Below, piece after piece: positions 20,877 to 30,953 of a stretch of 64,000 bases of DNA. Position numbers and translations under genes: made by a program. Under the pieces are notes generated by a model. That model did not search any database and was not told the DNA's origin. It saw only the letters and a program-made list of their open reading frames with translations. Origin of the DNA: Vulcanimicrobiota bacterium (GTDB taxonomy: Bacteria > Vulcanimicrobiota > Vulcanimicrobiia > Vulcanimicrobiales > Vulcanimicrobiaceae); assembly GCA_963777315.1 (NCBI GenBank), contig CAVZQC010000001.1:352001-416000 (forward strand). Direction: 5' to 3'. Position 1 is the first letter of the stretch; every line of letters starts with the position of its first letter.

Positions 20877-21812
20877 ATGTCTGGGCTGAAGGCTTTTCCC
20901 CGAATCGCAATAGCCGGCGCGCTCGCGCTCGCACTCTTGTTCGTGTTTTGCGGTCAGGCGGCCGCGCAGAACGATACGGCGCTGCAGTCACAGCTGCGCG
21001 CGCTCGCAGCCGCGCACCGCGGAAAAGTTGCGCTTTACGCGGTGGACTTACGCAGCGGAAGAACGGTCGGCGTCGATGCGGACACGCCCGTGCCCACGGC
21101 CTCGGTCATCAAACTCACGGTTCTCTTCGAGGCGCTCAAACAAGTTCAAGCCGGCAGAGTGCGCTTCAGCGACGACCTCACGATGACCAAGGCCGATCAG
21201 GTACCCGGATCCGGCGTTTTGAGCCTTTTCGATACGCCGCTCACCCTTACGCTCAAGGATGCGCTGAGCATGATGGTGGTCGTGAGCGACAACACGGCGA
21301 CCAATTTGGTCATCGATCGTTTGGGACTTGCCGATATCGACGCGCGCATTCAGTGGATGGGCCTGCGCGACACGTGGCTCTACAAAAAGGTTTTCAAACC
21401 GCCGATCGGCGCGGTACCGGCGGATCAAAAACGTTTTGGCCTCGGCAAGACGACCGCGCGCGAGATGGCGCAGGTGATGCAGCGCTTTGCAACGTGCGAC
21501 CTTGCCGCGCCGGGTTCAGCGTCCGTACCTTCTCAGAGTGACCGTACGCTGTGCGCCACGGCGCTGAATATGCTCAAAAATCAGTCCGACCGCGACGCCA
21601 TTCCTCGCTATTTGGGCAATCTCGAAGTCGCCAACAAAACCGGAGCGCTCGACGACGTCCGTAACGACGTGGGGATCGTATACGCCCGCAACGGACCGAT
21701 TATTATTTCAGCGTTCACCTACGACAACGCCGACCAGAGCTGGACCGCCGACAACTCCGCGCAAGTGCTGATGGCAAAACTCGCTAAGGCGATCGTGGAT
21801 CGCTGGCAGTAA
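20877..21812 (+). CDS. Secreted serine hydrolase, class A beta-lactamase-like fold
   Basis: Signal peptide, ASVIK (SxxK), SDN, KTG, RNDVG. Confidence 0.85.
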   Translation: MSGLKAFPRIAIAGALALALLFVFCGQAAAQNDTALQSQLRALAAAHRGKVALYAVDLRSGRTVGVDADTPVPTASVIKLTVLFEALKQVQAGRVRFSDDLTMTKADQVPGSGVLSLFDTPLTLTLKDALSMMVVVSDNTATNLVIDRLGLADIDARIQWMGLRDTWLYKKVFKPPIGAVPADQKRFGLGKTTAREMAQVMQRFATCDLAAPGSASVPSQSDRTLCATALNMLKNQSDRDAIPRYLGNLEVANKTGALDDVRNDVGIVYARNGPIIISAFTYDNADQSWTADNSAQVLMAKLAKAIVDRWQ

Positions 21813-21813
21813 C

Positions 21814-23955
21814 CTACAGGTGCACCGACCACCAGTCCAGCATCGATTCGTACAGGCGGCGCAAGTCCGACAGAGCCGTGAATCCGTGGCGCTCGCCCGA
21901 ATACGGCATGAAATCGACGTTCGGCTTGTCGGCGGCAATGAGCGCGTGCAGCAATGCAATGCTGTTGGCCATATGCACGTTATCGTCTGCCGTCCCCTGG
22001 CTGACTAGAAGCGCGCCGCGCAGAGCTGCCGCCGCAGCGATGACGGACGCGGCGTCGTAGCTTTTGGGATCGTCCTGGGGCGAGCCCATGTAACGCTCGG
22101 TGTAGATTGAGTCGTACAAACGCCAATCGGTAACCGGAGCACCGGCAGCGCCGGCTTTGAACGAAGCCGAGTGCGTAAGCGCGTACGCCGTTTCGTATCC
22201 TCCGAAGCTCCATCCCCAGATGCCGATGCGCGATCCGTCGACGTACGGCAGCGATCGCAGGTATGCCGCGCCTATTTCCTGGCCCAGCAGCGAACCCGCG
22301 CCTAAGTTGTGATAGAGCAGACGCACGTGGGCCTCATCGTCGATCTGCGATGCCGGTCCATCGATGCTGAAGACGATGAAACCGCGCCGCGCGAGCAGCT
22401 GCTGGTACAAACCCAGCATGTAGCCGAATGCGTCCGCGGTCGTAGGCAGCTCCGGGCCGCCGTACACGTACACGACGACCGGATACCTGCGCGCCGGATC
22501 GAATTGCGCTGGCCGAATCATGTACGCGTCGAGTTTGCCGTATGCCGAATCGACCGACAGGGTTTGCACCCGCAGCAACTGTTCGCGCAGCGATTCATTG
22601 CGGGGCGCAAGAATCGCCTTCGTCCCTGCGAGCAGCGAAATGAGTTCGGTTTGCGGCGGATCGTTCAAGGTGGAATAGGTGTCGACGAACGCGGCGTTCG
22701 TGGGAGCCAGCGCCACGGAATGCGTTCCGGGCGACGGCGTGAGGTTAGCGGGAGCTCCGCCGGTCAGCGGCACGGCGAGCAGCGAGCGGTCCCGCCGCGT
22801 GGGATACGCGGCCGACACGTAGGCCGTTGCCGTGTCTTCGTCGACTCCGAGCAGCCGCACGACGCGAAAGGCGCCGTTCAGGCGTTTCAATTTACCGGTG
22901 CGACTGCGCAGGTAGAGGCCAGGCACGTTGTCGCGCTCGAGCACCCAAAGCGACCGCCCCGCACGCAGTTCCTGGGGCAACGCAATCGCGTCAACCCATT
23001 TGGCGCCGGTTTGGCGATATAGCTGCGTCATCCGGTAGCCGGGCTGCTGCCACTGCACGACGCGAAGCGTTCGCTGTGCGCGATCGAGCAGTTCGGCAAT
23101 CAGTGCACCGCCGGGGGCCTGCCATGCGATGGACGGCAAATATTCGTCGCGTGCTCCGGCGTCGTACAGCTGCCGCGATGCCGCGGTTGCCACGTCGACG
23201 ACGTGCAGCGTAAGACGCGGATTTCGTTCGCCCGCCAGCGGATAGCGCGCAAAAGCTACGGAGTTGTCATTACGCGTGAAATCGACGATCGGGTAATTGG
23301 TGACCGGACGTTCGTCCATTTGAACGTATGCGATGAACCGGCCGTCCGGCGACCACGCGAAACCGTGCACGGTGGAAAACTCTTCCGCGTACACCCAGTC
23401 CACGTCGCCGTTGAGGATCGAACCCGGAATACCGCCGGTCGTCATGCGCGTGATGCGCAGAACCGGACGCAGCGCGGCCACGTAGAGATCGGCGCCGTGC
23501 GTGTACGCGAGCGCCGTACTTTGCGGCGACCATAAAACGTCCGAAACGTCCTTTGCGATGGTGCGGTCCAGTCCGGTCGACATGTCGCGCACGTACAGCG
23601 TGCCGTGAATGACGAACGACAGCGCTTTACCGTCCGGCGACCAGGCGACGTTGCCCGGATTCCGAGGTTTACCCCCGTACGCTTCCGGATCGATGACGAC
23701 ACGGCTTTGTCCGGTGTTCACGTCATATTGGCGAACCGGCGTAGGCTGCTCGGGATCTTGCCATGGCAGAACGTACAAGAACGACGCGCCGTCGGGCGAC
23801 CACCTGATGTTCGACGGCTGAGCGCCCCACGGCGGCGCCGAGGCAAAGACTTCATCCAGGCTAAGTTGGGGAGCGGCAAGCGCCGGGGCGGCGCAGAGCA
23901 AGGCAAGAGCACACCACGTCGCCAGGAGCCGACACGCCATGCGGGCGGATTTCAC
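21814..23955 (-). CDS. S9B dipeptidyl peptidase IV-family protein
   Basis: DWVYAEE, GIWGWSFGG, YDSIYTERYMG, GTADDNV, RHG; signal peptide; start 23955 or 23940. Confidence 0.92.
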   Translation of the reverse strand: MKSARMACRLLATWCALALLCAAPALAAPQLSLDEVFASAPPWGAQPSNIRWSPDGASFLYVLPWQDPEQPTPVRQYDVNTGQSRVVIDPEAYGGKPRNPGNVAWSPDGKALSFVIHGTLYVRDMSTGLDRTIAKDVSDVLWSPQSTALAYTHGADLYVAALRPVLRITRMTTGGIPGSILNGDVDWVYAEEFSTVHGFAWSPDGRFIAYVQMDERPVTNYPIVDFTRNDNSVAFARYPLAGERNPRLTLHVVDVATAASRQLYDAGARDEYLPSIAWQAPGGALIAELLDRAQRTLRVVQWQQPGYRMTQLYRQTGAKWVDAIALPQELRAGRSLWVLERDNVPGLYLRSRTGKLKRLNGAFRVVRLLGVDEDTATAYVSAAYPTRRDRSLLAVPLTGGAPANLTPSPGTHSVALAPTNAAFVDTYSTLNDPPQTELISLLAGTKAILAPRNESLREQLLRVQTLSVDSAYGKLDAYMIRPAQFDPARRYPVVVYVYGGPELPTTADAFGYMLGLYQQLLARRGFIVFSIDGPASQIDDEAHVRLLYHNLGAGSLLGQEIGAAYLRSLPYVDGSRIGIWGWSFGGYETAYALTHSASFKAGAAGAPVTDWRLYDSIYTERYMGSPQDDPKSYDAASVIAAAAALRGALLVSQGTADDNVHMANSIALLHALIAADKPNVDFMPYSGERHGFTALSDLRRLYESMLDWWSVHL

Positions 23956-23981
23956 CGAACCGCTGGGCGAATACTTGCGCG

Positions 23982-24497
23982 ATGTCCGATCCTTACGACG
24001 AAAAATTCACCCATGAAAATCCGATCGTCGCAGCCGCGACGCGGATTCGCGCGCGTCGCGAGCTCGAGCGAGTCGTCGATGAAACCGTCCAGGGACAAGC
24101 ATCGTACGACGACGCCGAGAGCGCGTTCGCCGCATTCGGCAAACAGCTCGCGGCCGGAACCAAACGCTTGAACGCAATCTTAGGCGCACGCACCGGCGTG
24201 AAGTTCATCCGTCTGGAGAAACCGCTACGCTTGCGCCTGCGCTATGCGGAACATCGCGTGAGTTTGGATTTGGACGAGGTACATCAGCTGGTGCGTATCG
24301 CGGGCCTGGGTCTGGAAGGGGAATGGCAATTCGATCCCGCGGCGCCGGTGCCGTCGCTGATCAACCTTTCGAAGATTTCGACCGAGGCCGGATACGGTGA
24401 GCGCCTCACCCCGTCTTTTTTGCTGAAGACGATCGCGAAGGACGCGCAGTTGCCCCGCCCGGAGCATTTGAGCGGGCCCGGGCCGCTGAGTTTTTAG
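23982..24497 (+). CDS. Hypothetical protein
   Basis: 171-aa ORF with typical composition filling the gap between flanking genes. Confidence 0.7.
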   Translation: MSDPYDEKFTHENPIVAAATRIRARRELERVVDETVQGQASYDDAESAFAAFGKQLAAGTKRLNAILGARTGVKFIRLEKPLRLRLRYAEHRVSLDLDEVHQLVRIAGLGLEGEWQFDPAAPVPSLINLSKISTEAGYGERLTPSFLLKTIAKDAQLPRPEHLSGPGPLSF

Positions 24498-25161
24498 CCT
24501 CCCGCGCGATAATTTTCGGCGTCGGGCAGAGAGGCGCAACCGGACACTGGGCGCACAGCGGCGTGGGCGCTTTGCAAATCGCCCGGCCGTGCAGAATGAG
24601 CCAGTGATGCGCGTGCCGCTGTTTTTGGGAGGGAACGAGCGCTTCCAAATCGCGCTCGACGTCGCGCGGCGTTTTGCCCAACGTCAAACCCAGGCGGTGC
24701 GCCACCCGAAAAACGTGCGTGTCGACCGCGATCGCCGCCTCCTCGAAAGCCACCGAAAGCACGACGCTTGCGGTTTTGCGCCCTACGCCCGCCAGCGATT
24801 CCAAGGACTCGCGATCCCCAGGCACGCGTCCGCCGTGCTTGTCCGTCAAATCCTGAGCGCAGCTGATGATGTTGCGCGCCTTGACGCGGAAAAAGCCGCA
24901 CGACTTGATGATCCGCTCGACGTCTTCTTGGCGCGCTCGCGCAAGCGTCTGCGCAGTAGGATACGCTTTGAATAGGACCGGAGTAGTCAGGTTGACGCGC
25001 GCGTCGGTGCACTGCGCGGAGAGAATTACCGCTACGAGCAGCTCGAACGGAGTACCGTACTCGAGCGCAGTTTTAGCGCCCGGATAGGTGCGCTCGAGGA
25101 TGGCGAGCTGTGCCCGAGCGGTGTCTTTGGACACCTTTCGCGCGGGAAACGGAATTTTCAT
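24406..25161 (-). CDS. nth: Endonuclease III
   Basis: LVAVILSAQCTD, LAGVGRKTA (HhH), VDTHVFRV, C-x6-C-x2-C-x5-C; ATG 25161; true 3' end may be 24494. Confidence 0.93.
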   Translation of the reverse strand: MKIPFPARKVSKDTARAQLAILERTYPGAKTALEYGTPFELLVAVILSAQCTDARVNLTTPVLFKAYPTAQTLARARQEDVERIIKSCGFFRVKARNIISCAQDLTDKHGGRVPGDRESLESLAGVGRKTASVVLSVAFEEAAIAVDTHVFRVAHRLGLTLGKTPRDVERDLEALVPSQKQRHAHHWLILHGRAICKAPTPLCAQCPVAPLCPTPKIIAREAKNSAARARSNAPGGATARPSRSSSAKKTG

Positions 25162-25163
25162 CG

Positions 25164-27200
25164 CTACCGTAAGTAACGCACCAGCCAGTCGATCCAACGC
25201 CGGTCGACGTCCATCGCACGCACCGGATCGCTTGGAAAATGGCCGGCGACCGGATACGCGAAAAATTGCACCGGCACGCCGTGGTCCTTGAGCGCGTGGA
25301 ACATCTCGTACGACTGCGTGATCGGTACGCGCGCGTCGCCGGTATCGGAAAGAATCAGCGTCGGAGTATCGACGTTCCAGGCGTAGGAAATGGGAGATTG
25401 CGCTCGATACTGCTGCATCCGTTTGCCGGTCCACGGCGACCCGCCGAAACTAAAGCGCACGCTCACGTTATTGTCCGAAAGCGCGTACTCATCGATCCAG
25501 TTATTGACCGCAGCGCCCGTTACGGCAGCTTTCCAGAAATGATAGTGACCTTCCATCCAGGACGTCATGTAGCCGCCGTACGACCAGCCTGAAACCCCGA
25601 TGCGCGACGGATCGACGCGCGCGATTTTTTTCACCGCGGCGATCCCGGCCATGACGTCGCGTCCGGGACCGGCACCCGCATCGTTGAAGATGGCATGCCA
25701 GTATGCCTCACCCAGATTGTCGCTGCCGCGGTAGTTGGGATTGAAGACGATGAAGCCGCGCGCGGCCAGCAGCTGGTTGAGCGAGCTGAACGACGTGAGC
25801 GACGCGGAGTTGGGGCCGCCGTGAACGACGAGCACGAGCGGATACGTTTTGTTCGGATCGGCCGAGATGGATTGCTCGTATCCCGGCGGATACGTAAGGA
25901 CGCCGTCCTCGGAAAAACCTTCGGAGCGCCATGCCAGCGGGGCAACCCTGCCCAAGTCCAGCGCCGCAACGTTTTGGTTGTATGAGGTAAGCTGCCGCGG
26001 CGTCGCAGCGGACGAACTCATGTAATACAGTTCGGTCGGAATATGCGCTTGGCTCGCAGTGAAAGCCAGCGCTCCGCCGTTGCTGATGCTCGCATCGAGC
26101 CAAAAGAACTGCGTGGGCTGCACCGCGCCCAAATCGATTCGTCGTGGTGTGCCGTCGAGCGGCACGATCCAGAGCGCTGCATCCGTGCCTTTGTGGCCGG
26201 ACACGACCAGCGATTTCGAATCGGGCATCCACATCGCTCGCTGCACGTTGGTATCTATCGTCGCAGCGGTCACGTCGGTGCCGTCGCCTCCGCTCGCGCT
26301 GGTAACATAGATGTCGTTTTGCGCCGCCGGATCGCCGCGGTAAGGATACCAATACGCGATTTTCTTGCCGTCAGGCGAAAATTCGCCGTAACCTTCGAGC
26401 TTGCCATGCGAGGTCAGGGTGCGGATCGCTTTGGTTTGCGTATCCAGCACGGCAATCACGGTTTGGTCGCCGTCGGCGTAATAGGGCGTCGCCATCTTGG
26501 AGAAAACGATGTACCGCCCGTCGGGCGACCATGACAAGGGCGAAGACGGCGAACTCGGCGGCGCGGCAGGCGGCAAACTCCACCCGCCCTGCGTCAAGCG
26601 CGCGTTGCCGGTTCCATCCGACGACACCAGCCAGATGTGGCTCGGCGTGGGAGCTGCCATTTCGCGGTACGACTGATCGCCCACGACGAAAGCATCCGAG
26701 TGGCGCGCGATCGCCGCTTTGTTCGGCGGCTCGTCCGCGGTGACGTACGCCAGCGCTTTGCCGTCCGGACGCCATGCGAACTGCTGCACGCCTTGCGGCG
26801 CAGCGGTTATGGGCACGGCGTCACCGCCGCGCAGATTCAACACGAAAATCTGTTCTTGCGCCGCTTTGCCTTGTCCACGCTGGGCTAAAAACGCAATGCG
26901 GGTTCCGTCGGACGCCCACGCCGGCGAGGACACGCCCTTGCGTTCGAACGTGAGCGGCCACGCCGAATGCGAGTTGAGATCGTAAAGCATGAGCGTGCGT
27001 TCGAACGTGTCCGATCGATAATTCGGCTTGGCAACCACGTACGCGATCCGCGTTCCGTCGGGCGCGATCGCCGCATCCGAAACGCCGATGAGCGATTTGA
27101 GATCGTCCAACTGCATCGTGCGGGCCGATGCAGCTGCCGTCAGCAGCAGCAGCGCCGGCAGCACGCTCGCGACGACTCTTACGATGCCGGCTAACCTCAT
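25164..27200 (-). CDS. Secreted S9 family peptidase (acylaminoacyl-peptidase-like)
   Basis: Propeller repeats, HGGP, NYRGS, GWSYGG, D-x-RV, GH; ATG 27200 overlaps upstream stop (ATGA). Confidence 0.92.
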   Translation of the reverse strand: MRLAGIVRVVASVLPALLLLTAAASARTMQLDDLKSLIGVSDAAIAPDGTRIAYVVAKPNYRSDTFERTLMLYDLNSHSAWPLTFERKGVSSPAWASDGTRIAFLAQRGQGKAAQEQIFVLNLRGGDAVPITAAPQGVQQFAWRPDGKALAYVTADEPPNKAAIARHSDAFVVGDQSYREMAAPTPSHIWLVSSDGTGNARLTQGGWSLPPAAPPSSPSSPLSWSPDGRYIVFSKMATPYYADGDQTVIAVLDTQTKAIRTLTSHGKLEGYGEFSPDGKKIAYWYPYRGDPAAQNDIYVTSASGGDGTDVTAATIDTNVQRAMWMPDSKSLVVSGHKGTDAALWIVPLDGTPRRIDLGAVQPTQFFWLDASISNGGALAFTASQAHIPTELYYMSSSAATPRQLTSYNQNVAALDLGRVAPLAWRSEGFSEDGVLTYPPGYEQSISADPNKTYPLVLVVHGGPNSASLTSFSSLNQLLAARGFIVFNPNYRGSDNLGEAYWHAIFNDAGAGPGRDVMAGIAAVKKIARVDPSRIGVSGWSYGGYMTSWMEGHYHFWKAAVTGAAVNNWIDEYALSDNNVSVRFSFGGSPWTGKRMQQYRAQSPISYAWNVDTPTLILSDTGDARVPITQSYEMFHALKDHGVPVQFFAYPVAGHFPSDPVRAMDVDRRWIDWLVRYLR

Positions 27201-29191
27201 CCGCGCAAATACCGGTCGATCCACCCCAGCCAGCGTTTGGTCACGTCCTCGGATCGGACCGGATCGCTGGGGAAGTGGCCGTGTACGGGATAGGCCACGA
27301 ACTGGACGGGCACCGAGTTGTCGCGCAGCGCGTGGTACATCTTGAACGAATTGGTAATCGTCACGTTATTGTCGCCGATGTCGCCCATGATCAAGGTGGG
27401 CGTGCGGATCTGCTGCGCGTAGGTTATCGGCGACTGCGCGCGCCACATCGGCGTGAATTTCGGATTCCATGGCGAGCCGCCGAAGAACGGTTCGTCGGTG
27501 TGCACGTAAAACGCGACGTTGTAATCGTCGAACCAATCGTTGAGCGCGGCCCCTGCCACCGCCGTCTTCCAAATATGATAATGGCCCGTCATCCAGGACG
27601 TCATGTAGCCGCCGTACGACCAGCCTGAAACGGCGACGCGCGAACGATCGACTTTGAACGCTTTTTCAACCGCTTCGACACCGGCCATGACGTCGCGGCC
27701 GGGGCCTTGGCCGGCGTCGTGCGAGATTGCGCGCTCGTAACCGTCGCCCAGATTGGTACTGCCCCGATAATTGGGGTTGAACACCAAGTAGCCATGGGCT
27801 GCGAACAGCTGGTTTTGCGTGCTCCAGCCCAGCGTCGATGCGGCCTGCGGGCCGCCGTGGATGACGAGCACGAGCGGATAGGCGCGCGCAGAATCGTAAT
27901 GGGGCGGAAGCGTCAGCACACCGTCCTCGGCAAACCGGCCGTTGCGCCAGCGCACCGCAAGGGGGCGCCCTAAATCGAACTTGTCGACGAATGCGTTTTC
28001 GTTCGTCAGGCGTACCGGCCGCGCCGACGCGGACGCCAGATAGTACAACTCCTGCGGATGGCGCGTCGTCGTGCCGACGAACGTCAGCGCACCGGTTTTC
28101 GCTGCGTTGCCGGTGTTCGATATCGCCACGCCGCCAAGCGATGCACGCTGCACCCGTGCCCCGTCGTCCGAAACGTGCCATGCACCGACGTGCTCGCCGT
28201 CCGGTCCGAACAGCCACAGCGACGTGCCGTCCGGCGACCACGTCATTCCCTCGATGTCCCGATCGATCTTTGCGCGCACGTTGACTCCGCCGCCGGATCC
28301 CGGACGTGTGACGTAAATCGCGACGCCGTTGGATGGATCGCCGCCGGCATTGCGCGCGTACGCGATCGCCGTTCCCACCGGCGCGAAGGCGGGATTGCTT
28401 TCCAGTCCCGTGTTGCGCGTGAGCGCAACACGGGCTCCGGTGCGCACGTTGAGAACCTCGATAATCGAGCCCAGCGAATCGCCGACGAGCGGTGTTGGGA
28501 AGTGGACGAATGCAACCTTGCTGCCGTCGGTCGACCATGAGATATCCGACGTAATATTCGGATCGATCGTTTCCATGCTCCAGGAGCCGCTGGTCAGACG
28601 TCGCGCCCTTCCGCCCGAAGAGGACACGATCCACAGGTGCGCGGGCATCGCCTGCGCCGTGTGCAGATAGTCATTGTCGCCCACTTCGAACGCGTCCAAA
28701 TGCTCGGCGATGAGTTGGGCATGCGGGTTTTCGTCCTTGGTGATATAGGCTATGCGCTTGTCGTCCGGACTCCACGCGAAGCCGTCCACGCCGCGCTTTG
28801 CCCGCGTCGCTTGCAAGGCGTCGCCGCCGTCCAAACGCATGACGAAGACTTGCGATTGCGGCTCGCTCTTTTGATCGGCTCGAGCATCGGCGAGAAACGC
28901 GATGCGCGTGCCGTCCGTAGACCACCGCGGCGAATCGACGCCCGTGCGATCGAACGTAAGGATGCGCTGGGCGCCTGTGCGCACGTTCAAAAGCACCATT
29001 TGCGTGCGCCGGCGATCGCGAGTAAAATCGCTGGTGCTGCGCAGAAAAACGATGCGCGAGCCGTCCGGCGAGATTTGCGGCTGGCTCAGCGAAACGATGC
29101 GGCGCGCGTCCAAAAAATCAATCGTCCGCGCGCATACTGCAGCGGGCGCGAGAATCGCCAAAGCTGCCATCGCAAAAGCTAAGCGCCGCAT
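27197..29191 (-). CDS. Secreted S9 family peptidase (paralog)
   Basis: Signal peptide, HGGP, NYRGS, GWSYGG, GDNNV, GH. Confidence 0.92.
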   Translation of the reverse strand: MRRLAFAMAALAILAPAAVCARTIDFLDARRIVSLSQPQISPDGSRIVFLRSTSDFTRDRRRTQMVLLNVRTGAQRILTFDRTGVDSPRWSTDGTRIAFLADARADQKSEPQSQVFVMRLDGGDALQATRAKRGVDGFAWSPDDKRIAYITKDENPHAQLIAEHLDAFEVGDNDYLHTAQAMPAHLWIVSSSGGRARRLTSGSWSMETIDPNITSDISWSTDGSKVAFVHFPTPLVGDSLGSIIEVLNVRTGARVALTRNTGLESNPAFAPVGTAIAYARNAGGDPSNGVAIYVTRPGSGGGVNVRAKIDRDIEGMTWSPDGTSLWLFGPDGEHVGAWHVSDDGARVQRASLGGVAISNTGNAAKTGALTFVGTTTRHPQELYYLASASARPVRLTNENAFVDKFDLGRPLAVRWRNGRFAEDGVLTLPPHYDSARAYPLVLVIHGGPQAASTLGWSTQNQLFAAHGYLVFNPNYRGSTNLGDGYERAISHDAGQGPGRDVMAGVEAVEKAFKVDRSRVAVSGWSYGGYMTSWMTGHYHIWKTAVAGAALNDWFDDYNVAFYVHTDEPFFGGSPWNPKFTPMWRAQSPITYAQQIRTPTLIMGDIGDNNVTITNSFKMYHALRDNSVPVQFVAYPVHGHFPSDPVRSEDVTKRWLGWIDRYLRG

Positions 29192-29205
29192 CGTTGCGAC
29201 TTACC

Positions 29206-30111
29206 TTACTGCGCGAGCGCGACCTGCTCGCCGCGCAGTTCGACCAAACCTTCGCGCGCCAGTGCCGTGACTATGGCACGCACGGCGTCCGCGTCGCGCC
29301 GTACGCTCGCGGCAACGTCGGCGTGCAAATCCAGCAGCGATATTCGCTCGTAAGGCGCAAGGCGCGCGAGCCTGTCGACGATCCGGCCTCGCGCGTACCG
29401 GATCGTTTGTTCGAACGCAATCGCCTGCTGCGGCGAAGGCGCGCGGGCGTTACGCCGGCGTCGCGCCTGCAGCGCCCGCGTATCTATCGGAAACGCGCTG
29501 CACGCCGAACGAAGCGGACAGTTCCGGCAGCCCGGCGCACGGGCCGTGCACACGGCCGCGCCCAGATCCATCAGCGCCGAGTTCCAGTCGTGACCTCGCC
29601 CGCGCGGCACCAAACCCCGCGCATCGGCATTCAAAACGTCCGCGGGCACCGCCGCAGGATGTTCCATGCCGTACAGTACGCGATGAACCACGCGGCGCAC
29701 GTTGGTGTCGACGGCCGCGTCGTCGGCATCGAACGCAAACGCGCGAACCGCGCAGGCCGTATATGGCCCGATGCCCGGCAGCGACTGCAGTTCGTGCAGT
29801 TCTTGCGGCACGCGGCCGCCGAAGCGTTCGAGCAGCGCGACGGCGAGCTGCTTCAAACGCACCGCCCGCGAATTGTACCCCAGGCCTTGCCACAACCGCA
29901 AAATCTCCGCGGTGCTCGCCGCCGCCAGGCTTTCCACGTCGGGAAACCGCGCGATGAACGCTTCGTATTTGGGCAGCACGCGAGCGACCTGCGTTTGGGC
30001 GAGCATGCTTTCGCTGACCAGCACGCGATAAGGATCCCGCGTTGCCCGCCATGGAAGCGAGCGGCCGTGCCGTGCATACCACTGCAGCAGCAAACGCTGC
30101 ACGCGCTTCAT
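29206..30111 (-). CDS. mutY: A/G-specific adenine glycosylase (short form)
   Basis: LPWR, LVSESMLAQTQV, WQGLGYNSRA, LPGIGPYTA, VDTNVRRV, Fe-S cysteines. Confidence 0.93.
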   Translation of the reverse strand: MKRVQRLLLQWYARHGRSLPWRATRDPYRVLVSESMLAQTQVARVLPKYEAFIARFPDVESLAAASTAEILRLWQGLGYNSRAVRLKQLAVALLERFGGRVPQELHELQSLPGIGPYTACAVRAFAFDADDAAVDTNVRRVVHRVLYGMEHPAAVPADVLNADARGLVPRGRGHDWNSALMDLGAAVCTARAPGCRNCPLRSACSAFPIDTRALQARRRRNARAPSPQQAIAFEQTIRYARGRIVDRLARLAPYERISLLDLHADVAASVRRDADAVRAIVTALAREGLVELRGEQVALAQ

Positions 30112-30953
30112 TCTTCGTCGTCGCCCCCGTCGCAGGCGCGCGTGAAAGCGGGCTGCGCTCGTTCGCGCACGTATTCGTGAAAAGCGGCAATATCGGACTG
30201 CGCAAAGACGACGTCGTCGGGCGACTTGGCGCCGCGGTAAATTCGCAGCGCATCGTTGATCGCGCCGCGGTACTGCGAGGGGACCGTCTCGAGCGCCCAC
30301 ACTCCCGCCTCGTCCTTGTTCAAAACGTTCATCGCATTCGTGGTCGTCGTACCGTGCAGCACGCGGCATGCATCGAGCAGCGCGCGTACCGGCATCTCGC
30401 GGGCGGACCGGCGCGCCCGGTTGAAATCGGCCTCGAGCGCATTGACGTACGCGTACCACGGAACCGGCCCGAACAGCGACGCCGCCGGAGGGCCGACCAG
30501 CGTCAGGCCGCGCTCGCGGCTTTCCAGAAACCGCGCCGCCAAATCGATGCTGCATTCATCGCGCGAATAGTCGACGCGGCCCAGCCGGATCGCTTCATGT
30601 ACGCTCGAGCCGTAGCGCACTTCGTACGGCAACGGATGTGCGAAATTGCGCGCGTACCGTTCTTGCAGCACGGCGACCTCGATATCGCCCCAAGTCGGGC
30701 GCGAATCCGATAGGCCCAACAGCGCGCGAGCGACGGCTTCGCGTTCGGCTTGCGTGAGTTTGCGCGCTACGATCGCAATCAAATCGATGCTGCTTCGCTC
30801 GCGGTGATATGCGCCGGTGGCGAGCGACCCATGGACGTACAGGCCGGTCAAGTCCTCACCGAGCACGTCGCCCAGCTTGCCCGCAACGCGAATCAGGTAC
30901 AGGCGCACGTCGCGGTCCGCATCAGCGACGCTGCGTCCGCGCGGCGCGTTCAC
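30108..30953 (-). CDS. Aminoglycoside adenylyltransferase-like nucleotidyltransferase (ANT(3'')/ANT(9)-like fold)
   Basis: GLYVHGSLATG, IDL, IEV, G-x-x-L-x-GP...LFGPVP, LLDACRVL, KDEAGVWA; GTG overlaps MocR stop. Confidence 0.7.
   Translation of the reverse strand: MNAPRGRSVADADRDVRLYLIRVAGKLGDVLGEDLTGLYVHGSLATGAYHRERSSIDLIAIVARKLTQAEREAVARALLGLSDSRPTWGDIEVAVLQERYARNFAHPLPYEVRYGSSVHEAIRLGRVDYSRDECSIDLAARFLESRERGLTLVGPPAASLFGPVPWYAYVNALEADFNRARRSAREMPVRALLDACRVLHGTTTTNAMNVLNKDEAGVWALETVPSQYRGAINDALRIYRGAKSPDDVVFAQSDIAAFHEYVRERAQPAFTRACDGGDDEE

Noticed and set aside
24406..24497. 92-nt convergent overlap of nth with the hypothetical gene
   Set aside because: The tail follows the last conserved Cys; one extra G in the GGG run would end nth at TAA 24494, abutting the neighbour's stop, so it may be another indel
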